Shown: piece after piece, positions 16,901 through 24,606 of the stretch | Layout: every line of letters begins with the position of its first letter | How positions within the stretch are numbered: position 1 is the stretch's first letter | From: an uncultured bacterium | GTDB taxonomy: Bacteria > Oederibacteriota > Muellerivitia > Muellerivitales > Muellerivitaceae | DNA: 35,718 nt | Reading direction: 5' to 3' | Assembly (NCBI GenBank): GCA_964560635.1 | Contig: CAZLND010000001.1 | Location: forward strand, 1-35,718 | Notes under the pieces: generated by a model | What the model saw: the letters and a program-made list of their open reading frames with translations, nothing else | Told to the model about the DNA's origin: nothing | Database searches by the model: none | Position numbers and translations under genes: made by a program

Positions 16901-18232
16901 GCCGCTGGCGACCGCCGCCACGTCGGGAGCGTTACGGAAGGAAGTGGAACCTCCGTTGGAGGACATGCTGATGCCCGTCTGGTAGCTGGGAATGGCCAAA
17001 TTGGTCAGGACGCCGCCGGTGGAGCCGCTCCAGGCGGATTCCGAATTATAGGAACCGCCGGTACCGTTGAGGCTGAGGTTCGTCCCGCCCACCAAAACCT
17101 GCATGGGGTCGTCCTCGTTGCCGCCCGGGTCGGAGGAGAAAGAGCCGCTGTCGCCCGAGGCGTTGAAATAGGATTGGCCCTGGGCCGCATATTGCTGCTC
17201 GATCTGGAGCTCGGTGGAATTGGCCGGTCCCCATCCCCAAGAGGAGCTGATCTGTTTGCAGGTATTGTCGGTGGCGATACGGTTGAGGACGTTGTTGATA
17301 TTGGGACCCATGTAACAGATCTCGACCGAACTGGGAGCCATGGCCATGGCTTGGTCGATATCCAGGGAAACCTCCCCATTGCCCCCGCCGGGGGTAGTGG
17401 AAGAGCTCCAACCATCCAAATAGACATTCTGGACCGTGTTCGACAAACCGGCCTGGTTCTTATAACGGGTCACGTCACCGGGGTAATAGGTGTCCAATTC
17501 GAAGAGGGCCACCGATTGGCCGCTTCCGTTCAAGGCAACCTCGGGCGCGTAAGCGTTACGGAAGTCGTTACCCATCAAGAGACCTGAGGGGCCGGAGCCC
17601 GCGTGGGCGACGACGGTGGCCAGGGGCTTTACCTTGCTCTGGGGCGCCAATGGCGAGATGACCATGTTGGTGTGCGGCAAAATGAAATTATCGAGACCTT
17701 GGATGTGCAACACGGGAGTGTCCAGGTCCAGGGAAGGCTCGTCATCGGGCCCGTAAAAGATGCTGCCGTCGGGCCGGTTGTATTTGTGGAGATTCACGTG
17801 AAAGGCTTGTTGAACTTGTCCGGCGGTCGCACTCACGCCCACTACCATGCGGTTGGAAAAGGTGGAGGTGACCTTCATGCCGTGTTGTTCGGCGTAAAGG
17901 AGGATGGAAGCGTAATCAGCCTCGCTCGGGCCGAAGCGGGAAGTGAATTCGCCGGTCGTTAAGTAATGGCGGTAGAGGGAGCTTTGGGGGTCATAGATAG
18001 CTTGGAGCAGGGACTTGAGTTCGGCTTGGTTGCGCAGGGGTAGTCCGATGGACAGTTGAAAGGTTTGGGCGGAACCGATCTCGCCCGCCAACGGGGCCTG
18101 GGCCATGGCGGCGGAACGGTGACCATGCAATCGCTGCTTTCCGGCCGCTTGCAATTGGGCGGCAAAGAGAAAGAATGAAAACGCTATCACCAGTGAACGT
18201 AGCGATCCCCGATAAATGTTCCTGACTTGCAT
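14000..18232 (-). CDS. Secreted multidomain sedolisin (peptidase S53): pro-kumamolisin-type prodomain, S53 catalytic domain, three malectin-like modules, FlgD-Ig/T9SS-like C-terminal domain
   Basis: 1410 aa. Signal peptide with SD GAAGGGGGA. Prodomain is roughly aa 35-180. S53 motifs are [15 protein letters not shown] (Glu/Asp) and [12 protein letters not shown] (Ser). Three repeats contain YQNERWG...[13 protein letters not shown]...[22 protein letters not shown] (malectin signature). The C-terminus [13 protein letters not shown]...[20 protein letters not shown]...GKVAILH resembles FlgD-Ig/Por-tail domains. Confidence 0.9.
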   Translation of the reverse strand: MQVRNIYRGSLRSLVIAFSFFLFAAQLQAAGKQRLHGHRSAAMAQAPLAGEIGSAQTFQLSIGLPLRNQAELKSLLQAIYDPQSSLYRHYLTTGEFTSRFGPSEADYASILLYAEQHGMKVTSTFSNRMVVGVSATAGQVQQAFHVNLHKYNRPDGSIFYGPDDEPSLDLDTPVLHIQGLDNFILPHTNMVISPLAPQSKVKPLATVVAHAGSGPSGLLMGNDFRNAYAPEVALNGSGQSVALFELDTYYPGDVTRYKNQAGLSNTVQNVYLDGWSSSTTPGGGNGEVSLDIDQAMAMAPSSVEICYMGPNINNVLNRIATDNTCKQISSSWGWGPANSTELQIEQQYAAQGQSYFNASGDSGSFSSDPGGNEDDPMQVLVGGTNLSLNGTGGSYNSESAWSGSTGGVLTNLAIPSYQTGISMSSNGGSTSFRNAPDVAAVASGCLLYADNSANVINVGGTSVAAPTWAGFIALVNQQAVAAGKPTLGFPNPAFYNIGKGSNYHTDFHDITSGNNGGFSAVSGFDLVTGWGSPTGQSMINDLSQAVGAPTATPTNTPTPVVASTWRVAAGRGSSFTDSQGHVWAADENFTGGGTNGNTNTITNALPASSDQALYQNERWGNGSPAFTYAFNVPAGSYQVTLKFAEIFDTAAGQRIMNVAINGTQVLTNFDIFADAGGANIADDKVFNNIAPSGGKITVTFSTGTGGSDANVKVDALQVIPQATTPTNTPTKTSTPTNSFTATPTRTSTPTNTATRTNSPTNTSTSTSTFTSTPTRTPTSTFTASFTSTITSTPSNTATKTSTPTATASFTSTNSPTITSTPTATATRTPTNTPAPPTATFTFTSTNTPVTSWRVASGRSTSYTDCQGKVWAADSSFTGGSTNGNTNAITKALPCTTDQALYQNERWGGTGFSYAFNVPAGSYQVTLKFAEIFDAAAGQRVMNISINGTQVLTNFEIFADAGGMNIADDKVFNNISPNASGQIVVNFAATSSSPDQNAKVDALQVVPQPVTVTPTLTNTPVPPTLTFTRTNTSTSTSTTTATFTPTSSSTPTASFTPTSTSTFTNTPTLTPTYTATSTATATNSATNSATVTNTPTSSSTATNTPPPTNTGTATSTFTASFTRTATSTSTPTNTPLAGSVWRVASGRTTSYTDCQGNVWAADVNFTGGSTNGNTNAITKALPCTTDQALYQRERWGGSGFTYTFAVTPGSYQVTLKFAEIFDSPAGRRIQNISVNGTQVLTNFDIFADAGGMNIGVDKLFSNIAPNASGQIVVNFVTTSASPDKNAKVSALQIVPQSAVPATKLAEVSGYAPGPLVDRSSRVVTALPNISRDGTPVRFKFNLTGATQAQLTLFTLQGEKVYQTAVTGDDFLWDLRSHSGALVASGLYIYVVQAVGPDGKPIVYSGKVAILH
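14351..16546 (-). repeat. Three in-frame malectin-like coding repeats (16073-16546, 15215-15685, 14351-14824) separated by two ~130-aa Thr/Pro/Ser linkers (15686-16072, 14825-15214)
   Basis: Coordinates come from my residue count of the 1410-aa translation. Repeats 2 and 3 are much closer to each other than to repeat 1. Confidence 0.8.
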
Positions 18233-18529
18233 GTGTCCCCCTTCAAGGAGAAATGTTGTTAGGCCTTATAGATTTTCGGCCGAAGCCGGTAGGCCCTGAT
18301 AAGTTTTCTAAAATAGTTTTTGGTCCCGAAAACGCTTTCAGGCGTCCGGAAAAAAATCCCGCGGAAAAATTTTTTCCACGGGAGGATGAACAGGTCGTTG
18401 GCGACAGGCATCACGATAGTCGAAAATTTTTTGAGGGTGGTAGCCTATTCCGACTTGAATGGTGAAAATGTTTTCCCTGAGCTTTGGTGGATGTATCCAA
18501 AACCTGATAACGTTTTTTGAATGAGGTGA

Positions 18530-19333
18530 GTGAAGGGACATTTTGAGCTGATTTTATTGATGAATGCGGAAGAAAGGGCCGCCTTCAATATCCACGCGAT
18601 GCGTCTATACTATCCCCGCAGAGATAGGACGAAAGGTAACAGGAGGCTGTTGGTGGTTTCAGAACATGAAATAACCGCTACTTTGAACGGTTTGATCGAG
18701 GATTTCGTCGATCGGGTTTCCTTCTTTAAGGCCTGGAAGAAGGGTGATATAAACCTTCCGATGTCCCGCAAATTCCTGGAAAGCTTCGATTATCTGGTGA
18801 AAAGTTTCCCCGTCCTCATCGCCGCCGGGGCAGCCAAGGCCGAGGATGAGGCCACGCGCGCCACCCTGGCGACCAATCTGTACCAGGAATGCGGAGAGGG
18901 AGACCTTTCCCGCACCCACCACGCCATTTATAGGAAATTCCTTGTGACCGCCGGTATCGATGTTTCCAAACTGCCGTCCCTGTCCTTTACGGAGGATTGG
19001 AAGGGCGAACTGTCTTTCTATATAGCAACCGCCAACCCAGCCTCGGCCTTGGGGGCACTGGCCGCCGGAGAGTTCCTGGCCCAACCGGCCCTGAGCCGCA
19101 TCTTCTCGGTCCTCAAGCCCCTTTATCCTCGAGCGGACGACGAATATTTCACCAAGCACCTGGTCCTGGAAACGGAGCACGTGAAGGAGATCACGGTCAT
19201 CCTGGAACCCCTGGCCCAAAGGGGCCAATGGGAAGCGGTCTTGGCGGGGTTCGAACGGGGCTTGTCGGTTTGGGAGACCTACTTCGACCAATTGACGGTA
19301 TATTTAGAGGCCGATTCAGCACTTAAGAATTAA
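18530..19333 (+). CDS. Heme-oxygenase-like diiron oxidase/oxygenase (HDO; PqqC/CADD/iron-containing redox enzyme family)
   Basis: Helical protein with QECGEGDLSRTHH (E-x6-H), AAGEFLA (E) and KHLVLETEH (H-x3-E-x2-H). As I recall, this is the six-ligand pattern of CADD/UndA-type HDOs. Start is GTG 18530 (AGGTGA upstream); ATG 18560 is an alternative. Confidence 0.7.
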   Translation: MKGHFELILLMNAEERAAFNIHAMRLYYPRRDRTKGNRRLLVVSEHEITATLNGLIEDFVDRVSFFKAWKKGDINLPMSRKFLESFDYLVKSFPVLIAAGAAKAEDEATRATLATNLYQECGEGDLSRTHHAIYRKFLVTAGIDVSKLPSLSFTEDWKGELSFYIATANPASALGALAAGEFLAQPALSRIFSVLKPLYPRADDEYFTKHLVLETEHVKEITVILEPLAQRGQWEAVLAGFERGLSVWETYFDQLTVYLEADSALKN

Positions 19334-19344
19334 AGGGCTCGAAC

Positions 19345-19779
19345 ATGATCCAAACATCCGCCATCTTCACCCACCTTCGCCGGGTGCTCCAGCAGGCTTA
19401 TTTCCTGCAATTCCTGAGTTCGAAGGAATTGGACCAATTGGTCATCAATCTTCGGGCCGCCAGGGTCTTCAAGGGTTACGAGATCATTCGGCAAGGGGAC
19501 CCGGGAGACACCTTTTATCTCATCGCCACTGGCAGGGTCTCGGTTTGGGTGAACAAAGGGAACGAGCGGGTGAAGGTAGCCGAGCTTCGGGCCGATGATT
19601 ATTTCGGCGAGATGGCCCTTATCTCCAACGCGCCCCGCAACGCCACGGTCGTCGCGGAAGGGCTCACCGAACTTTTCGTCCTGGAAAAGTCGAATTTCGA
19701 GAAGATCCTCTTAAAAAATCCCGCCATCGCCGATAAGCTCAAAAAAGCATATGCGGCCCGCGCGGAGAAGAACCGCTGA
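19345..19779 (+). CDS. Stand-alone cyclic-nucleotide-binding (CAP/CNB-domain) protein, no output domain
   Basis: 144 aa. Contains IIRQGDPGDTFYLIATGRVSV and the phosphate-binding cassette FGEMALISNAPRNATVVA, with the conserved Glu and Arg present. It starts 11 nt after the HDO stop. Confidence 0.85.
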   Translation: MIQTSAIFTHLRRVLQQAYFLQFLSSKELDQLVINLRAARVFKGYEIIRQGDPGDTFYLIATGRVSVWVNKGNERVKVAELRADDYFGEMALISNAPRNATVVAEGLTELFVLEKSNFEKILLKNPAIADKLKKAYAARAEKNR

Positions 19780-19940
19780 TCGGTCAAAGTAATGACCGGC
19801 CAAAAGCTGAATAAAAAGCGCTGAATTTGACCGTTAATTCGTTAACAAGTTCTTTCGTTAACCTTCATAATTCCTATCACTAAGACCATTCTCCAAACCC
19901 TTGTTTGCCGAATGTTTTAAGTTTTAACGGAGGCCAGGCA

Positions 19941-20942
19941 ATGAAACTTCATTCTTCCGAAAACCTCCTTGCGGTGACCTATCGGCGGTTTTGGCCCGCA
20001 ACTTTTCTCGTCGCCTTGATCGGGATTGTTTCGAGCCCGGTTCCCTTGTGGGCCGAATGGTTCGTTAATGTTTGTCCCGGAGGCCAGAAATACGCGGGGT
20101 TGCCAGCTCGTCAGGGCCCTTTTGAAACGCAGTCAAAGGCTCAGTCTTTCGCGGATGAGGAGAATAGAACAAATGGCGGTTGCTTCACGGTCTCCGGTTC
20201 GGATGGTGCCGCTTCCAGTAGTACCGGGAGTGATGCCTCAAGCGGACTTAGTCCCCTCAATCAGTCGGCTTATTCGTTGGGGGAAGCCCTGGGGAACCAG
20301 ATCCGCGCCGATGACGCGGCGGCCAAAGCCAAGGCCGATGAACTGGAAAGGGAACGGGTCGAGAAGGAACGTCAAGAGGCTGAAGAACGCCGGCTCAAAT
20401 ACGAGGCTTCCAAAACCGAATTATTGAACAATCTTAAGGACTCGGCATCGGATTCAGGAGAGGGTTTAAGGGAAGTGGGTTCTTCGGGGGATAATTCGGG
20501 GTTAAGGGAGGTTGGAAGCGGCGAAAGTTTCATGCAAGGGCCCGCACCCAAAAGATCCAAAGTGAAGCATGTGGCTCATTACAAATATCTCGCGACTCCT
20601 ACACCCGCCCCCGCCCGCAAGCCAGCCCCAAAACCCAAGCCCGATCCCACGCCGCAAGAGGAAGTGGCGGGTGTCCAGCACGCGGATATGCTGAAGGATG
20701 GGGTCCAACTGACAGGAAAGCCTGAGAACGAATTAAAGGACCAGATATGGGTCGAGAATACCAATGAGAACCCGGTGGACGTCCATGTTTGGATGGCAGG
20801 CGAGTCCAAAAACAGCGCTCATAGCTTGAGGAACAACATTCATTTGGAACCCGGCGAGAGCGTTCAGGTGGGTTGGGCCGCCAATACGACCAATGAAGAC
20901 CCTTGGAACTATCAACTTGGGATGAATGTCACACAGAAGTAA
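19941..20942 (+). CDS. Hypothetical secreted/anchored protein: coiled coil, Pro-rich linker, C-terminal beta-rich domain
   Basis: ATG 19941 is preceded by ACGGAGG; the track start at 19905 is a TTG. Hydrophobic N-terminus FWPATFLVALIGIVSSPVPLWA, coiled coil KAKADELERERVEKERQEAEERR, and linker TPTPAPARKPAPKPKPDP. Confidence 0.7.
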   Translation: MKLHSSENLLAVTYRRFWPATFLVALIGIVSSPVPLWAEWFVNVCPGGQKYAGLPARQGPFETQSKAQSFADEENRTNGGCFTVSGSDGAASSSTGSDASSGLSPLNQSAYSLGEALGNQIRADDAAAKAKADELERERVEKERQEAEERRLKYEASKTELLNNLKDSASDSGEGLREVGSSGDNSGLREVGSGESFMQGPAPKRSKVKHVAHYKYLATPTPAPARKPAPKPKPDPTPQEEVAGVQHADMLKDGVQLTGKPENELKDQIWVENTNENPVDVHVWMAGESKNSAHSLRNNIHLEPGESVQVGWAANTTNEDPWNYQLGMNVTQK

Positions 20943-20964
20943 TCCATTTTCAGAAGGGGTCACG

Positions 20965-22212
20965 ATGAACCGTTTTCAAACTTTTATAGGTTTAGGGATT
21001 TTGATCTTCCTTTTTAGTTTCATATCCAATCCCTCAGTTCATGCCGAAAGCGCCTCGCTCAAGCAGCTCATCGCCCAACTGCCGAATGACCCGGACAACG
21101 AGATCGCCATCCGCGAAAAGATCATTCGGTTGGTCCTAGCGATGCCCCGTAAACCCGAACTTCCCGCGGGGGTGGATGAAGCCATGGGGAAGGCGAAGTT
21201 CATCATGAGCAACGGCAAATCCACGGAAGATTTCGCCAAGGCGGCGGAAGCTTATCGGGAAGCGTCCCTTTTGGCCCCGTGGGAAGCGGACATCTACTAC
21301 AACCTGGGTTTCATGCGGGAAAAAGCGGGGGAATATCAACGCGCCCTCATCAATTACAGTTTGTATCTCATGGCTAGGCCGAACGCCAAGGACAAGAAAC
21401 AAATACGGGAAAAGATCGGGGCCATGGAGTACGCGGCCCACATCACATTCAAGGAAATGGAGTCACCCGGCAAAGGCACGATGGTTTTGATCAAGGTGGG
21501 TAAATTCTTGATGGGTTCGCCGGACAATGTGGGCGAGGGTGATGAACATCCCCGGCACGAGGTTTATTTGAAAGCCTATTACATCGACAAGTACCTGGTG
21601 ACGAACGACCAGTACGCCAAGTTCTGCGAGGCGACCCATCGGCAAAAACCCAGGACTTTGGAATCAGGAGAAGGTGAGGGAGCTTCCAAGATCAATAATC
21701 ATGGCCAAGAACCGGTGGTTTATGTTTCCTGGAATGATGCTTCCGCTTACGCCAAGTGGGCGGGGAAGCGGCTGCCTACCGAAGCGGAATGGGAGAAGGC
21801 GGCCCGCGGCGGCACCGATACCAAATGGTTTTTCGGGGATGAGGATAGCCAGAAAAAAGAATATGGTTGGTTCGAACCTATGAAAAATTTCGGGGACACG
21901 ATGTTCCCCAGTTTCAAAGTGGTGTCCTATCCGGTCGGAATGAAGAAGCCTAATCCCTACGGTTTATATGATATGGGTGGTCTTGTGTCGGAATGGTGCT
22001 CGGATTGGTATGACAGCAAGTATTACAAGAATAGTCCGGATAAGGATCCCCAGGGTCCAGATAAAGGTCATGAAAAAGTCCTGCGCGGTGGTTGTGATTC
22101 CCCCACGGACGTTCGTTCAGCGAACCGGTTTTGGCGCAAGGGCCCAAATGACACGGATCCGCTCATCGGGTTTCGCTGTGTCAAAGATGTTAAATCGAGT
22201 GGATCGAAATAA
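20965..22212 (+). CDS. Secreted TPR plus FGE-sulfatase (SUMF1/EgtB/PvdO) domain protein
   Basis: Signal peptide MNRFQTFIGLGILIFLFSFISNPSVHA; TPR-like AEAYREASLLAPWEADIYYNLGFMREKAGEYQRAL; FGE-domain motifs MGSPDNVGEGDEHPRHEVYL, PVVYVSWNDASAYAKWAGKRLPTEAEWEKAARGG, YGLYDMGGLVSEWCSDWY, VLRGG. Confidence 0.85.
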   Translation: MNRFQTFIGLGILIFLFSFISNPSVHAESASLKQLIAQLPNDPDNEIAIREKIIRLVLAMPRKPELPAGVDEAMGKAKFIMSNGKSTEDFAKAAEAYREASLLAPWEADIYYNLGFMREKAGEYQRALINYSLYLMARPNAKDKKQIREKIGAMEYAAHITFKEMESPGKGTMVLIKVGKFLMGSPDNVGEGDEHPRHEVYLKAYYIDKYLVTNDQYAKFCEATHRQKPRTLESGEGEGASKINNHGQEPVVYVSWNDASAYAKWAGKRLPTEAEWEKAARGGTDTKWFFGDEDSQKKEYGWFEPMKNFGDTMFPSFKVVSYPVGMKKPNPYGLYDMGGLVSEWCSDWYDSKYYKNSPDKDPQGPDKGHEKVLRGGCDSPTDVRSANRFWRKGPNDTDPLIGFRCVKDVKSSGSK

Positions 22213-22214
22213 CT

Positions 22215-22997
22215 TTATTCGAAGACGGGCAGGGGCTTGAGACGGCGGCAGCCCAGCTTTACGATCTCGGTAACATGCAACTGCATCATATGGCCGAGGT
22301 AATTTTCCTGGGCGGCGGCCAAACGGCGGCGCTGCTCGAAAGTCCCCGATTCCCGCAGTATCAGGTCCCTTCCGTTGGCGATGTGGGGCGGCTCGTCCCG
22401 TTCGATGTCGTCGATGGCGTCCATCAATTCCTTATCGAACAATTTCTTGAAGATGCTGGTTTCCAAGTCGGTCATGGACGAGAGGATGATCTCGCCCGCG
22501 TACTGGTTGGCGGCAGCGATCTCGCCCGGTGTTTGCGCCTCGGTCTGGATGCGCTTCATTTCTACTAGGATGGGGGGCAGTTCGAATTCAGCGATGCGGG
22601 GTTCGGCCCCATAACGGCGAAGCTGGGCGGCGAAGACGTCGTAATGACGCATCTCATCTTGTATCTGCCGGGCCAGGCGGAGTTTGAGGATCGTTTCGCT
22701 CTCGGGCAGTAGGGTGATCTCACGGGCCTGGGCTACCGTTCCAAAATACCACTCACTCCAGGCCCGGCGGCGCATGTAGAGGATGAGGTTCTCGCGGTAA
22801 GTCGCCTCAGGCAACTCGATGAACTCGTATCCCCGCCAGTCATAAAGGTCGTCGCCGATCGCTTTGCCCCGTTCATAAAGCAGGGCCACGAAATCGTTGG
22901 GCTTGCCCGCCATGAGCCGCTTCTCGTCCCACTTGGAATAAGCCGGGGTCTTCAGGACGGCGGTGATATCGAACTCTTGAGTTTCGGTCTTATTCAT
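22215..22997 (-). CDS. Ferritin-like diiron-carboxylate protein (possibly PaaA/PaaC/BoxB-like oxygenase subunit family)
   Basis: 260 aa, helical, with the E / ExxH / E / ExxH ligand pattern: SEWYFG, QIQDEMRH, YAGEIIL, IERDEPPH. The sub-family is a guess. Confidence 0.7.
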   Translation of the reverse strand: MNKTETQEFDITAVLKTPAYSKWDEKRLMAGKPNDFVALLYERGKAIGDDLYDWRGYEFIELPEATYRENLILYMRRRAWSEWYFGTVAQAREITLLPESETILKLRLARQIQDEMRHYDVFAAQLRRYGAEPRIAEFELPPILVEMKRIQTEAQTPGEIAAANQYAGEIILSSMTDLETSIFKKLFDKELMDAIDDIERDEPPHIANGRDLILRESGTFEQRRRLAAAQENYLGHMMQLHVTEIVKLGCRRLKPLPVFE

Positions 22998-23014
22998 TAA
23001 TGATTTCCAGTTTA

Positions 23015-23169
23015 GCTGTCATCGCGAGGAGTGCCCCGCGAATAGCGGGGCGGTTACGACGTGGCGACCTCAGTTTAAATAAGCCTTTTTCCAAGGAAAT
23101 TATTTTGGAACTGGGGTTGCTTCGTCATTAACGTCCGCCTAATCGGCGGCCATTCCTCGCAATGACAGC
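23015..23169. repeat. 155-bp MITE/REP-like element with 19-bp terminal inverted repeats (17/19)
   Basis: GCTGTCATCGCGAGGAGTG (23015-23033) against the reverse complement of CATTCCTCGCAATGACAGC (23151-23169). Internal small hairpins include CCCCGCGAATAGCGGGG. No ORF. Confidence 0.65.
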
Positions 23170-23183
23170 AAAAAAATTAAAAC

Positions 23184-23855
23184 TTAAAAAACACCTTCCT
23201 CTATGTTAACCCCATACCATATCTCTAATCCAACCACACCGGTGGATTCCATCTCGCCGTTCATGTGGTCGGAGGTCATGAATTGAGGGGCTTTGGACAC
23301 GTCGGAAGCCTCGTGCACCACGATAGCCACCGCCGGTTTGCCCGGCAGGTAATGGATGCTGTAATCGCTGTTCTTGTACTTGCGCCCTTCGTGGTTGTGG
23401 TTCTGCGCTTTGAAGCATTTGAGCCAGAAGGGGTAATCCCGTACCTCGTTGCGGGCGATGACGATGCCGCCGCCTTGCTCCGGAAGGTCCCGGTAGGTCC
23501 GGCCCACTTCATCCAAACCCCACCAGACCTGGGGAATGCGCCCGCCGGCCTTGTCCATGTCCGAATGAAATTCAGGGGATTGGACGAAGCTCAGGCCTTT
23601 TTCCAGGTCGGTGCATTTCAGGCAGAAGATATAAGTGTTCTTTTCCTTCAGGTCCCGGTGGAAGCTGTAGCCCGTAATGCCGTGGGCCTTCAAGGCCGCG
23701 GCTTGATTGAGGAAGGCCATCAGATAGTCCACCCGTTTCTCAGCCTTCTGGCGTATGAAGATATTGCCGGGACCGTTCAGGGAAGCGGCGAAAACCGAAC
23801 AGTTAAAAAGGAGAAAAGTGGAAAGGGTGAAAAGCTTCAATAGGGACTTATGCAT
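23184..23855 (-). CDS. Secreted hypothetical protein with an internal duplication (two ABM/Dabb-like alpha+beta halves, inferred)
   Basis: Real start is MHKSLLKLFTLSTFLLFNCSVFA at 23855 (GAAAGGAA upstream). The two halves end similarly: SPEFHSDMDKAGG...VWWG and TSDHMNGEMESTG...EIWYG. Confidence 0.65.
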   Translation of the reverse strand: MHKSLLKLFTLSTFLLFNCSVFAASLNGPGNIFIRQKAEKRVDYLMAFLNQAAALKAHGITGYSFHRDLKEKNTYIFCLKCTDLEKGLSFVQSPEFHSDMDKAGGRIPQVWWGLDEVGRTYRDLPEQGGGIVIARNEVRDYPFWLKCFKAQNHNHEGRKYKNSDYSIHYLPGKPAVAIVVHEASDVSKAPQFMTSDHMNGEMESTGVVGLEIWYGVNIEEGVF

Positions 23856-23866
23856 GTTCGTTCCTT

Positions 23867-24580
23867 TCAACGACTGAATACTGGCTTCCACGCTGCCTCG
23901 CGCTTCTTTGCCTCGTCCATCTGCTTGCCGGTCATGTGTTTTTCTAGCCACTCAATGTCCCCATGGAGTTCTTCCACTTGATCGTTGGTCAGCGATTCAT
24001 GACGAAGAGCCAGGGAGAACCATTTGTGGGACTCGACATAATCCTTAGCAGTGCCTTCACCTAAAGAATATAGAACCCCCAGATTGACCTGAGAATCCGG
24101 GTCGTCCTGGTCGGCGGCTTTCTTGAAGTACTCCAAGGCCTTCGCGTAATCCTTCTTCACGCCTAATCCCTGCCCGTAGACGAGTCCCACATTGCCTTGG
24201 GCCGAGGCCAGGCCTTGGTCGACGGCTTTTAGGAACCATTTCAAGGCTTCTTGATCGTCCTCTTTGACACCCAGTCCCTTGAAGTACAAGAAGCCCAAAT
24301 TGTTCTGACCTTCGGGATTGCCCTTGCGCGCGGACTTTTGGAACCACTTCAAGGCTTCGGGATAACTCTTGGAGACGCCCACTCCTTTTTCATAGAGAAG
24401 ACCCAAGCTGTTCTGGGCTTTGGCGTCGCCCTTTTGAGCGGCCCGGTAGCAGTCCTTGAAATATTGGACGCTGTCGCCGCTCCGGAGTGTCGGTTGGGAT
24501 TCGTCGGTGAATTCGGCGGCTTTAAGGGTCGGAATAAAAGCCAAGGAGAAGATAAAGAAAAAAGCTGGAAGTTTATTCAT
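23867..24580 (-). CDS. Secreted Sel1-repeat protein (second copy of this class in the window)
   Basis: Real start is MNKLPAFFFIFSLAFIPTLKA at 24580, followed by 4-5 Sel1 repeats (AQNSLGLLYEKGVGVSKSYPEALKWFQKSARKG...). The track extension to 24982 is Arg/Pro-rich and overlaps the upstream gene. Confidence 0.85.
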   Translation of the reverse strand: MNKLPAFFFIFSLAFIPTLKAAEFTDESQPTLRSGDSVQYFKDCYRAAQKGDAKAQNSLGLLYEKGVGVSKSYPEALKWFQKSARKGNPEGQNNLGFLYFKGLGVKEDDQEALKWFLKAVDQGLASAQGNVGLVYGQGLGVKKDYAKALEYFKKAADQDDPDSQVNLGVLYSLGEGTAKDYVESHKWFSLALRHESLTNDQVEELHGDIEWLEKHMTGKQMDEAKKREAAWKPVFSR

Positions 24581-24606
24581 GGGAGGCCACCTTTGCGGCA
24601 GGAGGG

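Noticed and set aside
14130-17587. Many long ORFs overlapping the giant protease gene: 16319..17587(+) 422 aa, 15460..16188(-) 242 aa, 14943..15641(-), 15654..16322(+), 14675..15265(+), 14130..14690(-).
   Set aside because: They are off-frame or antisense readings of a Thr/Pro/Gly-codon-biased gene. Their products are Arg/Gly/Pro/Val homopolymer-like, whereas the 1410-aa frame has coherent recognisable domains end to end.
19345-19779. Reading the cNMP-binding protein as a Pycsar/CBASS-type defence effector.
   Set aside because: There is no nucleotide cyclase or CD-NTase gene nearby, and no TM, TIR, nuclease or other effector domain is fused to the CNB domain. The neighbours are metabolic or secreted proteins.
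22215-22997. Ferritin-like protein as an encapsulin cargo.
   Set aside because: The window has no encapsulin shell gene, and the C-terminus (LKPLPVFE) does not resemble the Gly/Ser-Leu-rich targeting peptides I know.
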